Assembly (NCBI GenBank): GCA_013265495.1
Contig: MU063611.1
Span: 806,001 to 870,000, forward strand
DNA length: 64,000 nucleotides
Origin: Vicugna vicugna
Taxonomy: Eukaryota
Reading direction: 5' to 3'
Positions 50,066 to 62,824 of the stretch are shown here, in pieces (position 1 is the first letter of the stretch; each line of letters opens with the position of its first letter). The notes under the pieces are model-generated. The model was not told the origin of the DNA. It did not search any database and was given only the letters and a program-made list of their open reading frames with translations. The position numbers and the translations under genes are program-made.

Positions 50066-50545
50066 TGTATCAGTTAGAAAATGTGTTCAAGTATGAGTAG
50101 CATAGACCTGAAAAGCAGGGCCTTTAAAAAATTAGGAGTGATACAGCTCCACGACCTAATTATAGACCTTCTCTCTTTCTTCTCTGCCTTCTATCTTCTC
50201 TGGCTTGTGACTTCCTTCCTCAAGCTTGCCTCATATTCACAAAGTGGCCACTGGAACTCCAGCCAGCATTTCTTCATTCCGAGCAGGAAGACAGGAACAA
50301 AGGAAGCATAACACATGAGCCATTGCCCTCTTTGTAAGGTGCTTTACCAGAAGACCCATCCAATAACTTCCCCTTACATCTCACTGACTAGAACTGAGTC
50401 AAATACCCCTCCCATTTTCCAGGCAGGCTGTGAAATCAAGCATATTTCAGCAAAGCATGATGCTGCTCTAATAAAATCAGGGTTGTATATCCAAAAAAAA
50501 AGGAGAGAGAGTGGATACTGGCTAAGTATCTAGCACTCTCTTGTC
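50066..50545 (-). mobile_element. MLT1J-like LTR
   Basis: tgtatcagttagaaaatgtgttc...caagcttgcctcat...ttacatctcactgactagaactgagtca...ggagagagagtggatactgg. Confidence 0.8.
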
Positions 50546-52489
50546 CAGATAAATACTTGATTTCTTCAATAAACTGAGAAATTGAAAAACACAATTGTCA
50601 TAGCTTGCTAATGATTTTCTAGTTACTTTTGCAAAAACCTAGAAATTAAAATCCTTCCCTTAGTTCTCCAAATGGTGGTTTATAGAGATCACCTATTAAA
50701 AAAAAAGACAATCTTTATATTGGTGTCTACCCTACCTCACCAAGACTCTTGTTTAGCTTTTGCTGACTGGGCCTCCTTTTGTTTGACTACATAGGTGATT
50801 CCAATTATTCTTCACTGGGCTCTGTAGGAGGAAACACTTCTCAGAACACTGTCATTAGGATCATCATTGCTGTTGCAATGCTCCAGGATCAGAAGTCCCC
50901 TTGTCTAGCCAAGAACCCTGGCCGCCTCTTCCCCTACAAAAAACATACTGTAGAATTGATATTTGGGGAGCCATATTTGTTTTTCACTTAGGAAACTCTC
51001 TAAGAATCCTTTAAGCACTCATTAGCTCTTTCAGGTCACCAGGGTACATTCTGGTACATAGTCAATCAGAGTTGTTAGTCAATAACTTCTGTGGGTACCA
51101 TTCCAAGGACACTAATTTACTAAATGGTCCCTCAGTTGTCTGAAAGAGTTATACAGTTTCAGAAAGTGCCCAACTTACTTTCATGCGTGGCTCAACTACA
51201 AAGAAGTTCTGGAGGCAAAAAAAGCATTATAGAATTCCTGTTGTTGCTAATTATCTTCTAACACTACTTGAGGAATGGGAAAGTATGGAAGTCAACAATT
51301 TGTGCTAAAGACCAAGTGTGCAGCCACTTGGGACAGAGCCATGAAAAACACACATGCATACACCTACCCTACGTCTTCCCCTTGCTTCCCAGTCCAAAGC
51401 TTCCCCTTTGTTCTCTAAAAAAAAAAATAGGATCCACATTCACTGCAAGAAAGAGAAGCCTTTTGTTTTTGATCTGAATTTTTTTCCTTCTTCATGGAGA
51501 TGGCTCCATGGAGCTTTCAACTTCTCAGATATCATCTATTCTGGCCACACAGTCGTGAGGGGACGACAGCCAAGGAATCTGTGGTGTCAGATAAAAATAG
51601 CATAAATGCAAATGCAAAGGCATCACAGAGGGGAGGAACATGAAGTTCTGTCTCCCCAAGAAGGAATAAACAAGATGCTGGACCTGGAAGGAGCAGTTAC
51701 AACAAAATGACATGGGCCTCTGTGGACAGAGTGTAGCCCAGAGTCTCAGCTGGTCATGTCGGTAGTTCCCAAAGGCTGCACATCCTCACATCTCTCTTGT
51801 CACTCCCACTGAGACCTTTTGGAAAAGAAGGCCAAATCACCCTTCATCAGGATATGCTGATTCAGACAGACAGCTAAGCCAAGACGGCTTTAGTGAACAC
51901 ATTCCATGGGATGAAATGAGTTCCCCTGTGGTCTGCTGCCCTGTTGCTGTTAAACTGAAACCAGAGGAGCTCAGAGTTGCTAAAAGATTGTCACACTGCT
52001 GCAGGAAGAATTTACCCAATTAGCGCCCTCAGGCAAGTAGTGCTGAATCTGTCAGTATTCAAAATTGTGTCATTTTTTCAGCTATTTCTTCATTCTAGCC
52101 TATATGGAGTACAGCCATCTCTCTGCACTGACAGAGTGGGCATTTATAGCACTGTAAGATATGAGTAAAGGCAAAGATTGGCTACCAGAGGTGTGGGTTC
52201 AAGGGCTGAATAAGGAATAAGACAAACTGTCAGAACTGGGACTGTGGACAGTTCCAGGGATAGACAGAAAAAGCATCTCTTAGGAGGTGAACCAAGGCAA
52301 AGGTAGGAATGAGGACATGTCCCTAGAAACTAAGAGTAATGATCGCTGGAGTCTGAAATTTGCCAAACAGCCCAACAGTAAGCTTGCACTAGGAATAAAG
52401 TTCCAAGGTAATGTCAGGGCTGAACCAAAATGCAGCATGTATGTTGCTCAGTTTGCCTTGCCCCATCTCAGCTAATCAGAAAATCAACA

Positions 52490-52800
52490 CCCATGGCCCC
52501 AGTTGATGGTGCAGGCAGCTATGTAGCCTCACACACCTTTGCCACAGCTCACTGGATCAGAGGAATATCTGACTCAAACGCAGTCAAACTATCATCTGCA
52601 TAGTGACCATCTGATTCTCTCTCGAGAATTTAAAATAAAAGAAACACTGATTGCAGCTTGTCAGATAGTGCTGGGCACTAGATCTCCAGCATCATAGACA
52701 GTTGGGGCCAGAATCAGTGCCACAATAACCCCAAGTCACTTGCAAGCCAGAGTCTCAGGGAAGCCTCTGAAGGAAACCAGTGTGGAAAAGAACAAAGGTA
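52490..52800 (+). mobile_element. Old MLT1-like LTR fragment
   Basis: ctttgccacagctcactggatcagagg...tctgactcaa...ctgattctctctcgagaattt. Confidence 0.45.
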
Positions 52801-53689
52801 GCAAAGATGAGAGATCATGTGATCCCAGAAGGAAAAAGAAATAAAAGAAAGTAGCTATCTGACAGTAGTTCCTAAGAAGTCGAGAGGTAATCCTTCAATC
52901 AGGTTCTCTGAGATCCCCTGCATCATCATAAGCTAATTGAAAACCTTGATCCTGCAAAGCACCCCACATTCTGCATACACCCCATTGTTGTAGTGGGTCA
53001 CTTGCTCCAAACTGATTCTTTGCCTTGCAAAACAAAGAACAGACTTACTCAGAAAGAATGTATTACCGTAAAGATACCTATGGACTTGTCCAGAACCAGA
53101 GAAACTTCTGAGAACCAAGACAGACTAGGGGTCAGCTCCTGTCTGTCTGATTCTCTCAGAGCCTTCAGTCTCTCTCTGATGGCACCTCTGTCCCTCTCTG
53201 TGCCCTGCTCCCTTCTCCTCTCTATACTGATTGGTTTATTCTTTCCCTCCACTCTACGTAACTTTCCTCTCCTTCAAAGATTCCGCTCCTTCATAGCTTT
53301 TGCTTCTTCATAACTTCAGCCTGCTGGGACCCTTCGTGGCCCTACCTTACCTCATAGCTTCTCTTTATAGATTCCTTCTGCTTCAGAGACCACTGCTAAG
53401 TGTATTTTCTAGCTCAACTTCAAAAGAGGGAATATGATGAGCCCTGCTCACTCTTTTGTACCAGGTCATGGTCCAGCCAGCCTCTGGTTTAACTATTCTT
53501 GCAACAAAGCCCACCCCTTCTACAGCCAGCCCCAGCCAGTAGGGTAAAGCCTCACAATATACAACACAGCAATCTAGGCCTGCCCATTTGGAAGGAGCTC
53601 TGAGCAAGGCAGACACTGTGGCAAGTATGTTTTATATACTAACCCTACCTTGCTACAAATATCCTTGTACCCCTGTTTTCCAAGAAACA

Positions 53690-53812
53690 ATTAATTATGT
53701 GATAAAGCAATTGATCTTGTGAGATTAATAATTACATTTTTTTAATTTTCTTCTTTTCCTTTTCAAAAGTTTCCAAATTTTTCATGAGGAATATGTCCCA
53801 CTTTTATAATCA
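53690..53812 (+). mobile_element. L1ME 3' terminal fragment
   Basis: ttttccaaatttttcatgaggaatatgtcccacttttataatcaa. Confidence 0.55.
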
Positions 53813-53849
53813 AGACTATTGCATTAAGTATTAAGAAAACAGATATAAC

Positions 53850-53956
53850 ATCATTTGTACAACAAATATATATTGTGCATCAACCACGTACCAGGCTATA
53901 TGCTAAACACTGCAGATACAGCAGTGAAAAGGAAAAGAACTTCTTGTCATGGAACT
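53850..53956 (-). mobile_element. L2 3' tail
   Basis: caacaaatatatattgtgcatc...taccaggctatatgctaaacactgcagatacagcagtgaa. Confidence 0.8.
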
Positions 53957-54063
53957 TGGGTGACCGCATAATGTATCAGCCAAATCAGGACACTTTTGAG
54001 GGTGAAAAGGATTTCTATTAATAATCAGACAAGGACAAAACTGGGAGTGTAGACATATGGTGA
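53957..54063. mobile_element. MER81-like hAT-Blackjack MITE
   Basis: gggtgacc...ccaaatcaggacacttttgagggtgaaaagg...ctattaataat...catatggt. Confidence 0.8.
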
Positions 54064-54329
54064 ATGTTTCCATTTATGCGTGCCAGCTAACATTTTAACC
54101 TTCTTCCATATTTGAGCAGAGGACTAAGGCTTTCACTCTCCTCTCAAAAATTAATTTCTAAAATCAGGAAATTCAGAGAATATTCCAGGCAGGTACTGAG
54201 GGCAGGGAAGCCTTTGACAGTCCTTTAAATCTCAGTATCCTCATTCTACACTTTGGAAAACATCTAGGGTTCCAGCTCAACCAGGAAGGGTAAGGAAAGG
54301 GAAGAGTGAGGTGGGCGGTTAAGAGGGGA

Positions 54330-54586
54330 AACTCTAACTATTGATCACTTACCATGTGCCAGCTACAAGCCTGGGTACTTTTCATAGGTAATTAAAATTA
54401 ATTTCATGACAACGCTGTGATGTGGGTTTTATTTAACCCATTCTCCTAATGAAAAAAACAAAGCAAAACAAAATACAAAAAACAAGGCTCAGAGAGTTAA
54501 TTAAGTTGCCCAAGGTAACATATCCAGTGTTGCGACTAAAATTTGAACCCAGCTCTAGCTAACTCCACTACATCAAGCCACCTCTC
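54330..54586 (-). mobile_element. MIR SINE
   Basis: cacttaccatgtgccag...aggctcagagagttaattaagttgcccaaggtaaca...atttgaacccag. Confidence 0.88.
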
Positions 54587-56499
54587 AAAAATTAAATTTG
54601 AGAACTTAATGCACTGAAACATTATAACTAGTTTCCCCTTAAGTAAGTATGAATAGTGATGGAGCTGTCATTAAAAGTCAAGTTATAGTGGTCATTTATT
54701 CCATATCATCAGTGTTCCAGCTTACACCAAGCAGAAATGTAGAAAATAAGCTTAACTGATGCTGCTTCTTGGAGTATTTCTCATGGTCCCTATGTATGTG
54801 AATTTGCTTTGTAATTTGAAAATGAGATTTTTGAAGGCAATTAAAGGAAAACTTCTGAAGAGTACAGTTAGCTCAGGGAAAAACACCCAATATGCTGAAA
54901 AGCATTTGGAACTAATCTTCCTATCAGTTGGGTCAAAAGGGAATAATTCCATTGATACCAGATTGGTTAGAGAGATATGTCAAATTCTGTTTTGACAAAT
55001 AGCATCACAACTCAAATCTCCATTACTTTAATGGGATTTGACCTGCATCAATTTCTTCAAAGCATGAAAGTGGAAAAAAGTAGATTTTGCTGGAAGAGTT
55101 TTGCTATGCTTAGGCTTCTCCAATTGTTATAGTCTATACTTATTGCCAAATGAAAAGCATTTTGGATCAAAAAGTCATAGGAGCAAAAAAAACAAATTTA
55201 ATAAAATTACCTGTAAAATGTTCTTCACTGCCCTATGTTAGTAAATTCATTTAGAGACTAACATTTAAAAAAAAGTCAAAACATATAAAAACAGCACAGA
55301 AAATCATAGTGCATCTGTGATTTGTTTCATCTCTGCTTCAGATCAAAATCATACATTTTGAACTAAATGTCTTTGGATACTGCAGTTGGAAGACCCTTCT
55401 GAAATAGAAAGTTAGTTCTTATCCTAAGAGCTCTTGTGAAACAAAAGTGCTTCCTAATGACATATTTTGGAAAGGCTGAAATTAAAGTTCAAACTTTTGC
55501 CCTTATTATACTTAAAATCGGAGAGATGGGGAGATAGAAGAATAGAGTTTGATGAGGAAAGGAACTTTCTTTAGGATTTGAATGTGTGGGTTCAGTAGAT
55601 AAATAGAAGTAGGGTAATTTCGTTCAATGTAAAAGGAAAACAAGATCCTTTGGTCCCAAATAAGTAACTGATGCATCAATTACAGAACTTGCACTGTTCT
55701 TCACCTTTGGCTCTCAAGGCTGCAGTTCAAACCAGTGTCTTAAAATACTTAAGTCTTTATTTTCCTTCAGTTTCTTCCATTAGCTGAAAAATGCAATCTT
55801 CTTTCATGTTGTGTGGCTGATAACAAAAACTGGCTAGCACAAGAATGCCCCGCTGAATTCACAGTCAGCTCTGCAGAGCTTAATTGTATAGAAATAAATG
55901 CAACTACTTACTGTCTCGCTGAATTATGGATTTTAGAAAACTGTTTAATAAGGAGGAAAACACTTAAGACAGCTTCTATTGAGTTCTGCAAACACAGAAA
56001 ACTAACATGAAACAGGAACAAATAACAAATTTTGCTGGGAAAGTTATACTGTAATTTTATGACCATTTAGAAGCCTAGGTATCTTCACAAGGACAAATAC
56101 CATAATTATCTATACGTTAGTAATCTTAGACCTGTATGATTATATTTTAAATGGTCAAATCTTCCTTTACCTGCAACTTTGATTTTAAGTTTTTGATACT
56201 TCTGTGTTATTTATTTAGTTTCTAGAATCTACAAAAAAATAACAAACCCTCCAAATGTTTGCCACTTCCTCTCCTGCAATTGTTCAATAGTTCAGAAGAC
56301 TGGAATATCACCAGAATCACTAAATGTAAATTCCTCAGTGGAAGGTGACCTCTTAAGGCCTAAAATGTATTCATTTTTATATCTTCCAGTGCATTTAGCA
56401 AAGTTACAAGCCCAAAGCAGGCCCTCACAATTTGTATTCTAATTGATTTGAACTTATATGGTAAACCCAAAGACTCAAAGACTTATGTTTATTAGTTAT

Positions 56500-56955
56500 T
56501 TTTAAATTGTTTATTTATTGATTTGCTGAGAACCCACCAAATGTCATTCAAGGTGAGTAGAGTAAACCAAACATAGTCTTCACACTGCAGCAGCTCCCAG
56601 TCTAGTGCAAAGGAAACAAATAAGGAGACCAGAAATCATAACACTGTATGATAAACACCAAACATGATAGAATCATAGGAGAGAAGCACCTGACTTACTC
56701 AGAGGATGCAGAGCTTTGGTAGAAAGTAAAATCTAAGCTCAAACTATAAGCACAAGCAGTGAAAAAGGAGAGGACAGAGATTCTGGGCAGGAAAAGCATA
56801 TTGCAAAGCTGAAGACACAAGAGAAAAACCACGTATTGGGAACTTCAAACAGCTCAGTACGACAGGCATATAGACTGTGTGGTAGGTAGGGGAAGAGACA
56901 AGACTACAACTGTGAGCCAGTGGGGCTCTTTGGAGAGTTTTCGGCACCAGGCAAA
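56500..56955 (-). mobile_element. L2b/c fragment
   Basis: cagctcccagtctagtg...ctgggcaggaaaagcatattgcaaagctgaagac...gggaacttcaaacagctcagt. Confidence 0.75.
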
Positions 56956-57434
56956 CCCATTCTTTACATACAACCTTGAAATAATAAATTTTGATACTTC
57001 TGTGTTCTTTCCCATTGCAAAGAGTTGGCTCTTATCCTAGACCCCAACAAAGAGTCATTACTAGGGCCAAGAGAAACAAAAGAGAATATACTTTAAAATC
57101 AGCAGCTATTCTTCAAGTCCAGATGGTTATAGCATATGCACACAAACTATACTTCTTTTTCTACTTCCACTGTCTCCTCCTTCCCCTCCCTAAATCCTCA
57201 CTAGATTCTGATCCTAAGCATAGAAAGTCATCCTAAGAAAGCAGGGAAGATGAGTAAGGAGAGAACGGTGTAAAAGGATATTAATTCTGAAAAGGTAAAT
57301 GCCATGATTACAAATATCATCGTTTGATGATCATCATGACAAATATTAAAATAGCTAAACAGCATCAAAAATATTCCCATCATGACCAGTTTTTAATGAC
57401 CAATATAAAGTGACCAAACACATCTCACGCGCAG

Positions 57435-57460
57435 ACACACACACACACACACACACACAC
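57435..57460. repeat. (AC)13 microsatellite
   Basis: Seen directly. Confidence 0.95.
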
Positions 57461-57467
57461 GCCTGCA

Positions 57468-57560
57468 AGCCACTTCATTCACAGTCCATTGGTCAGGGTT
57501 AGTCACGTTAGCTTTCCTAACTGTGAGGGTATCCAGAACGAGAAAACTGGATATTGCTGA
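57468..57560 (-). mobile_element. MLT1 fragment
   Basis: cacttcattcacagtccattggtcagggttagtcac...cctaactgtgaggg. Confidence 0.55.
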
Positions 57561-58460
57561 GCACAGTAATGTTCTCGACAAAACCCAATCCTTGGGCATT
57601 TTCTTTCATACCTGGCAAATCTATCATTGAATTTTCCTAAACAAAGACTATTCTCATAAAAGAAATTCTACCACTAGTTTCAATAATCATTTATTCTCTT
57701 ATTTTATATATATATATATATGATACTTAGATATAAAGAGAAAAGTATAATTATTTCTGAGTGATGAGTTTAGAAATCTTTAATTTTCTTTTGACTAATC
57801 TGTACTTTCTAATTTTCTAAACACTGATTGCTTTTATAATAAAAAAATATATTTTATGTTTAATATATGTGAGTGTCTTTCTTGAATAATTCCTGCAAAT
57901 TCTGCTTATTTTGACACTAAGAAGGGGGAGGCCAAATACATAATCATTTGGTTGTCAATTTTTTGCTCACTCCCAGCACCTATGGCAATCTTCTCTTATC
58001 TTTAGAAGTTTCTCTTCCATTTTGCCTTAGAAACCTTACTTGGCAATGACTGGCAAATTTCCTTGAAATCTAGATTTTCTTTCTAAGTTTCCCCTCCCAG
58101 TCAAACACCACAGCGTCCTCCAGATCAATGTGCCTCAGGCAAATCTAATTAATGTCTTCTACGTCCTCCCGCAGCCACCAGTTACTGTCAGAATATGGAA
58201 ATATGGAAACCATTCAAAGAAAATATTTTTTCTTGATTTACTCCAATAAATTGTCTGAAGAAGAATACTTCAAAAAATTTGGTAGTCATTTCTTTGATTT
58301 TCATTTTCCATCTCATTCCCATGATCTGAAATTTAATCCTCAGGGTACATAAGAAGATTTTCTCCATCTATGAAATAGGGTTGAGAGGACCACTCAACTG
58401 GAAAAAAAAAATACCCTAAATGAGCAATGTGGGTGAGTGTACTTATAAAATCGAAGGCTT

Positions 58461-59045
58461 TATACAAAGTTATTATAAATTATTGCCTACATTCCCTGTG
58501 CTGTATATTACATTCCTGTAACTTATTCATTTTACACATAATAGTTTTTAACCTCTTAATCATCCTTGCCCATTTTGCCCCTCCCCCCATTTCCTCACCC
58601 AACTGGTAACCACTAATTTATTCTCTGTATCTCTGAGTCTGTTTCTGTTTTGTTATATTTGTTCATTTGCTTTATTTCTTAGATTCCATATGTAAATGAA
58701 ACAATACAGTATTTGTCTTTCTCTGACTTATTTCTAGGCATAATAACCTCTACGTCCATCTAGACTGTCANNNNNNNNNNNNNNNNNNNNNNNNNNNNNN
58801 NNNNNNNNNNNNNNNNNNNNNNNNNNNNNNNNNNNNNNNNNNNNNNNNNNNNNNNNNNNNNNNNNNNNNNNNNNNNNNNNNNNNNNNNNNNNNNNNNNNN
58901 NNNNNNNNNNNNNNNNNNNNNNNNNNNNNNNNNGGTGCATATATCTTTGTATAGAATATAATCTATACAAACATTGAATTACCATGTTATATACCTAAAA
59001 CTAAAATAATATTATAAGTCAACTATATTTCATTTTTTTACAAAA
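58461..59045 (+). mobile_element. 5'-inverted L1 (antisense about 58461-58950, sense tail about 58951-59045); contains N-run 58771-58933
   Basis: Antisense aaagttattata...ggtaaccactaatttattctctgtatc...ggtgcatatatcttt; sense tail tataatctata...ccatgttatatacctaaaacta...tcaactatatttca. Confidence 0.8.
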
Positions 59046-59175
59046 TGAAGAAACTGACAGTTTTCTAAAGTGGTTGTAGCATTTACACTCCCATTAGCAA
59101 TATATGAGTGTCCATGGCTCCAGAGCCATTCTGGTGAGTACATAGTGGTAGCTCACTGTGGTCTCAATATGTGTT
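59046..59175 (-). mobile_element. Older L1 fragment, probable host of the insertion above
   Basis: aaactgacagttttctaaagtggttgtagcatttacactcccattagcaat...agccattctgg...ctcactgtggt. Confidence 0.75.
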
Positions 59176-60671
59176 TATAAAATAAGCTACTGGTCCTCTA
59201 CAATAAATACCAAGCAAATCTTGGTAAAAATGATGTTAAAATAGCTATACTAGTGTATTATGATAACAAGGGTTAACAATGTTGTCAGTTAATCAGTTAC
59301 CTATATATATTAATAAATGAGAATAACCTAAAAAAACCCTAAGGCTCTAAATAAATATAAGGCATCATTTCTACACTGTAGCACGTCTAATACTCATTTG
59401 TACTTAGTATACATGAGTTTTCTCGGAAAGGTTGTTACTTGTGCACAAATTTCTATTTATTTTAATATCATCCTTCAGCATAATGCATTTATTGATTGCC
59501 TTTAGTACTGGATTAATAAAGATTTGCATCTACATTTTTAACCTGGAATAAATTAGTAACAGTCTCTCTTTAATTGTTTTTTCAAAGTGGATTCTAGAAC
59601 AGCAAATGCATAAATCCAAATTATTCTCTTGAAGGTAAAAGTAAAGCATGAGGATACATTTATAACCATTTTAGGGGCTGTCTGACACAACTTTATTGCC
59701 ACTGCAATGTTCCCCTACCTATCAGGTAACCATATCCCAGCACTGAGTGTTTTGTCAGATAATAGAGGAATATTCACCGAATTGAAAAGGGCTAGAGAAT
59801 GACATTAGATTACAACTTTTATATACAGGAGAAGTACATCATAGCAGTGCCTTTTCTTCTTTTTATCTGCTTCCCCTTTCCCTTCAGGCAAAAATATAAA
59901 TGAAAAATGCCTCTACCTTCAATCAAATACCAAAGATAAAATGCCGATTGCTTGCTTGACTGCTTACAATGGAGGTATAACAAATGTTAATCTATTTCTG
60001 CAGCCAACAGAGGGGGGAAGCTGGAAAGGGGAGAAAGGGATTAGAAGAGCTTTTCCTCGGTGGCATTTTTGAGACTTCAAAATGCTCTTAGAAGCTACTT
60101 AACAACAAAATCAGTTGATCCCATTGTTGTGGCTCAGAATTCTGTTTCAGTACATCGCAGCTGAGTGAGGAGGCCAAGGTGCTGGAGTGGCATTAATGCA
60201 TTGCCCATGGATAATTCCAAAAACCTTTTAATTATAGCACTTTACAGAAGCCTTATGAAAATCCTCTGACCTGCCACAAGACCTGTGTCTCTGAGTCCAG
60301 GCCCACCATGGAGAAAATCAAAGCCCAGATCACCATCTCAGAGGATCCCACCTAGTTTCTTTCTGAAACTCTAACTCTGCCCAGCCTCCACCTCCCACCC
60401 ACCCATGCTCTGGTTTCACCCCTTGTCTGTAGTGGGTACGTAGAGATGCTGTCCCCAACATCATGGGTTCCCTATGGCTCCCTGTTGTGCTGTTAATGTT
60501 TCTGGTCTTACTCCTTTGCTGCAGCCACCAATGCCCAGACTTGAACATTAACACCCCCTGGGGCAACCCTGACCTATCACCATCACCACTACTAAGGGTT
60601 CAGATCCTGCTTAGCTGCTGGAGAAGAGAAGAAGAGGAGAAAGGTGAGAGAGAGCATCTTTCCTCCCTTCC

Positions 60672-60985
60672 TGTGATGGTTAATTTTACATGTCAGCTTG
60701 ACTAGTCTGTGGTACCGAGTTGTTTGCTCACACACCAGTCTAGATGAAAGTATTATTTAGATTGACATTTAAGTCAGTAGACCCTGAGTAAATCAAATTG
60801 CCCTCCATGATGTGGGTGGCCCTCATTCAATAGTTGAAGGCCTTTGGAGGAAAAGGCTGAGGTTCCCTGAAGAGGAAGGAATTTGCCTCCACATTGCCTT
60901 CAGACTCAAGACTGCAAAATCAACTCCTGCTGGATTTCCAGCCTGATGGGCTGTCCTGAAGATTCTAAACTTGTAGACACCTCTG
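60672..60985 (+). mobile_element. MLT2B-type ERVL LTR, 3'-truncated
   Basis: tgtgatggttaattttacatgtcagcttgact...gccctccatgatgtgggtggccctcattcaat-agttgaaggcct...gaagaggaaggaatt. Confidence 0.9.
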
Positions 60986-62249
60986 GACATGTGTCTGTAA
61001 CCATTATATATTTATGATGGTTGAGCCTCAATACAGACAGGGGTTTCCCTTAAGCTTTCAAAAAGGTAAGAGGTCCCCCATGGGTATTATAAGATCAAAC
61101 TGTGCATGATTCCATTTACCTGCCTCCATGGAACAAGAGTAGTTTGGACAAGAGAACAGATCCAAATTCTACCTTGAGGCTTTTCATTCTTTCTAGCTCT
61201 TTGCTTTGAATACTGAGTTGTTCTCTGTAGGCATAAATCAAAACTCTGGTATCATCTTCTAACTTCTTCTCTAGTCACTCAGAGTCATGACTCACCAAAC
61301 CAGGTTGAGTCTTCCTGATCCACATCCTTTCCATGTGAACTTAGGGTGTTTTATCACCCTTCATTTTCTGAGAGTCAGAATCAATTTCTCACACACTTTG
61401 TTCCTCACCTTTCTCCATCCTCTCTTCACTGTTTTCCCTATGGTTAGTCTCTCTCCAATATTGGATTTGACCTGAAATATTCCAACAATTGCATTTTCCT
61501 TCTATTTCACACTTGCTCTCTAAACCAAATTTCAACATATTTCTTCTCCATTCACTGTATTCTGTTTTTTCCGCCCTCTTATACCATGAGTTCATGGACA
61601 ATCTGGGAAAATTTGAATTACAAGCAGCTAATTCGCTTATCTACCTCATCTATACTTATTATCTTTACTCACATAAACAGGGCACCAAAATTCTCTGGGA
61701 AATCAGTTCTGCTACTTTCAAAGTATAAGAAAGAAATTGTGTAAGATTCCTTGAGAGATTTAAAGTCATCATCATGATAACTTGGAAATAACCAACTACA
61801 AACTGCTCCACAGAGGCCAAAGACTCAGCTAATTACCACTGCTTAATTAATCCTAGAAACTCTAACTGAATGCCCAACTGCACTGTGAAAATAATCCCTA
61901 AATAACCAAAAGGTCTTCGAGAAGCCAAGAGACTAGCACTTGGGCCTGCCTGTAAAAACAGAGATTGAATTCCTCCCTCCTGGTTTCCTTCTTGTTTACT
62001 GCAAAGTTGGTTACTCCTAAGAAAAAAGGGAAGGAAAATGTTCTCTGAACAGAGGACCTTTGCCCAAAAATGAGACTCTCCTAGAGAGTGAGCCACACTT
62101 CCTGGAGAAGATATAGCAGCTCATGAATCATGAAACAGAAAGAATAATCTGCAGGTAACTTGGCCCCAGAAGGAAGGATACCCTCAGTAATTACCCTGAC
62201 AAAAGGTATGGAGGTGCCCTGACAAGGCTAAAAATAGAGTTTACTGTCC

Positions 62250-62485
62250 AGCCATGTAAAACAATGTTTAAGAAAGCAAGATATAGAGATGACTTGAATT
62301 CAAATCTTGACTTCCTATTTACTAGATGTGTCACCTTGCTGAGCTTATCTAAACCTCAGTGTCTTTATCTGTTAAGTGGGCATAATCATAGGATTGTGGT
62401 GAGGATTACATATCATCTAAATTAAGTACTAATTAAATAAGTTATACATGGTAAATGCTTTTAAAATGTCATGACTGATTATTAG
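62250..62485 (+). mobile_element. MIR SINE
   Basis: ttcaaatcttgacttcc...actagatgtgtcaccttg...cctcagtgtctttatctg...cataggattgtggtgaggatta. Confidence 0.8.
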
Positions 62486-62824
62486 GTATAAAGGATCCCA
62501 TTAACAGTTATCCCATGCATCAACCAGTTCCAACTCCTGCTGAATAATTTGGGAAAAAATCGTACCATCTTAAAAAGTCTTGGATTATGAGATACTTCTT
62601 AAAGACCAAGCAAAAAACTGAAAGAACTGATGAGTAGCATTAATGTTTTTATCCCAAGTAATGGTAAGAAATGTGAAAGATAAAAGAGGAATCAGAGTCC
62701 AGGAAGTAAAGCAGCTTATTATTATTAGACAGTGTCAGAGAATAGGTTTTGGCTTCTTGAATGACAGTTTAAGGTCCCAGAACAACAGACACCTGCCTAG
62801 GGATAGAACTGGTATGTAGGAAAA

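Noticed and set aside
52993-53313. 106-aa plus-strand ORF
   Set aside because: Second half reads through a CT-rich low-complexity tract; no recognisable domain or splice support
60003-60020. CTCF-like gccaacagagggggg, and gccaccagaggtaac near 13228
   Set aside because: Mismatches fall at the highly conserved GGC positions of the motif
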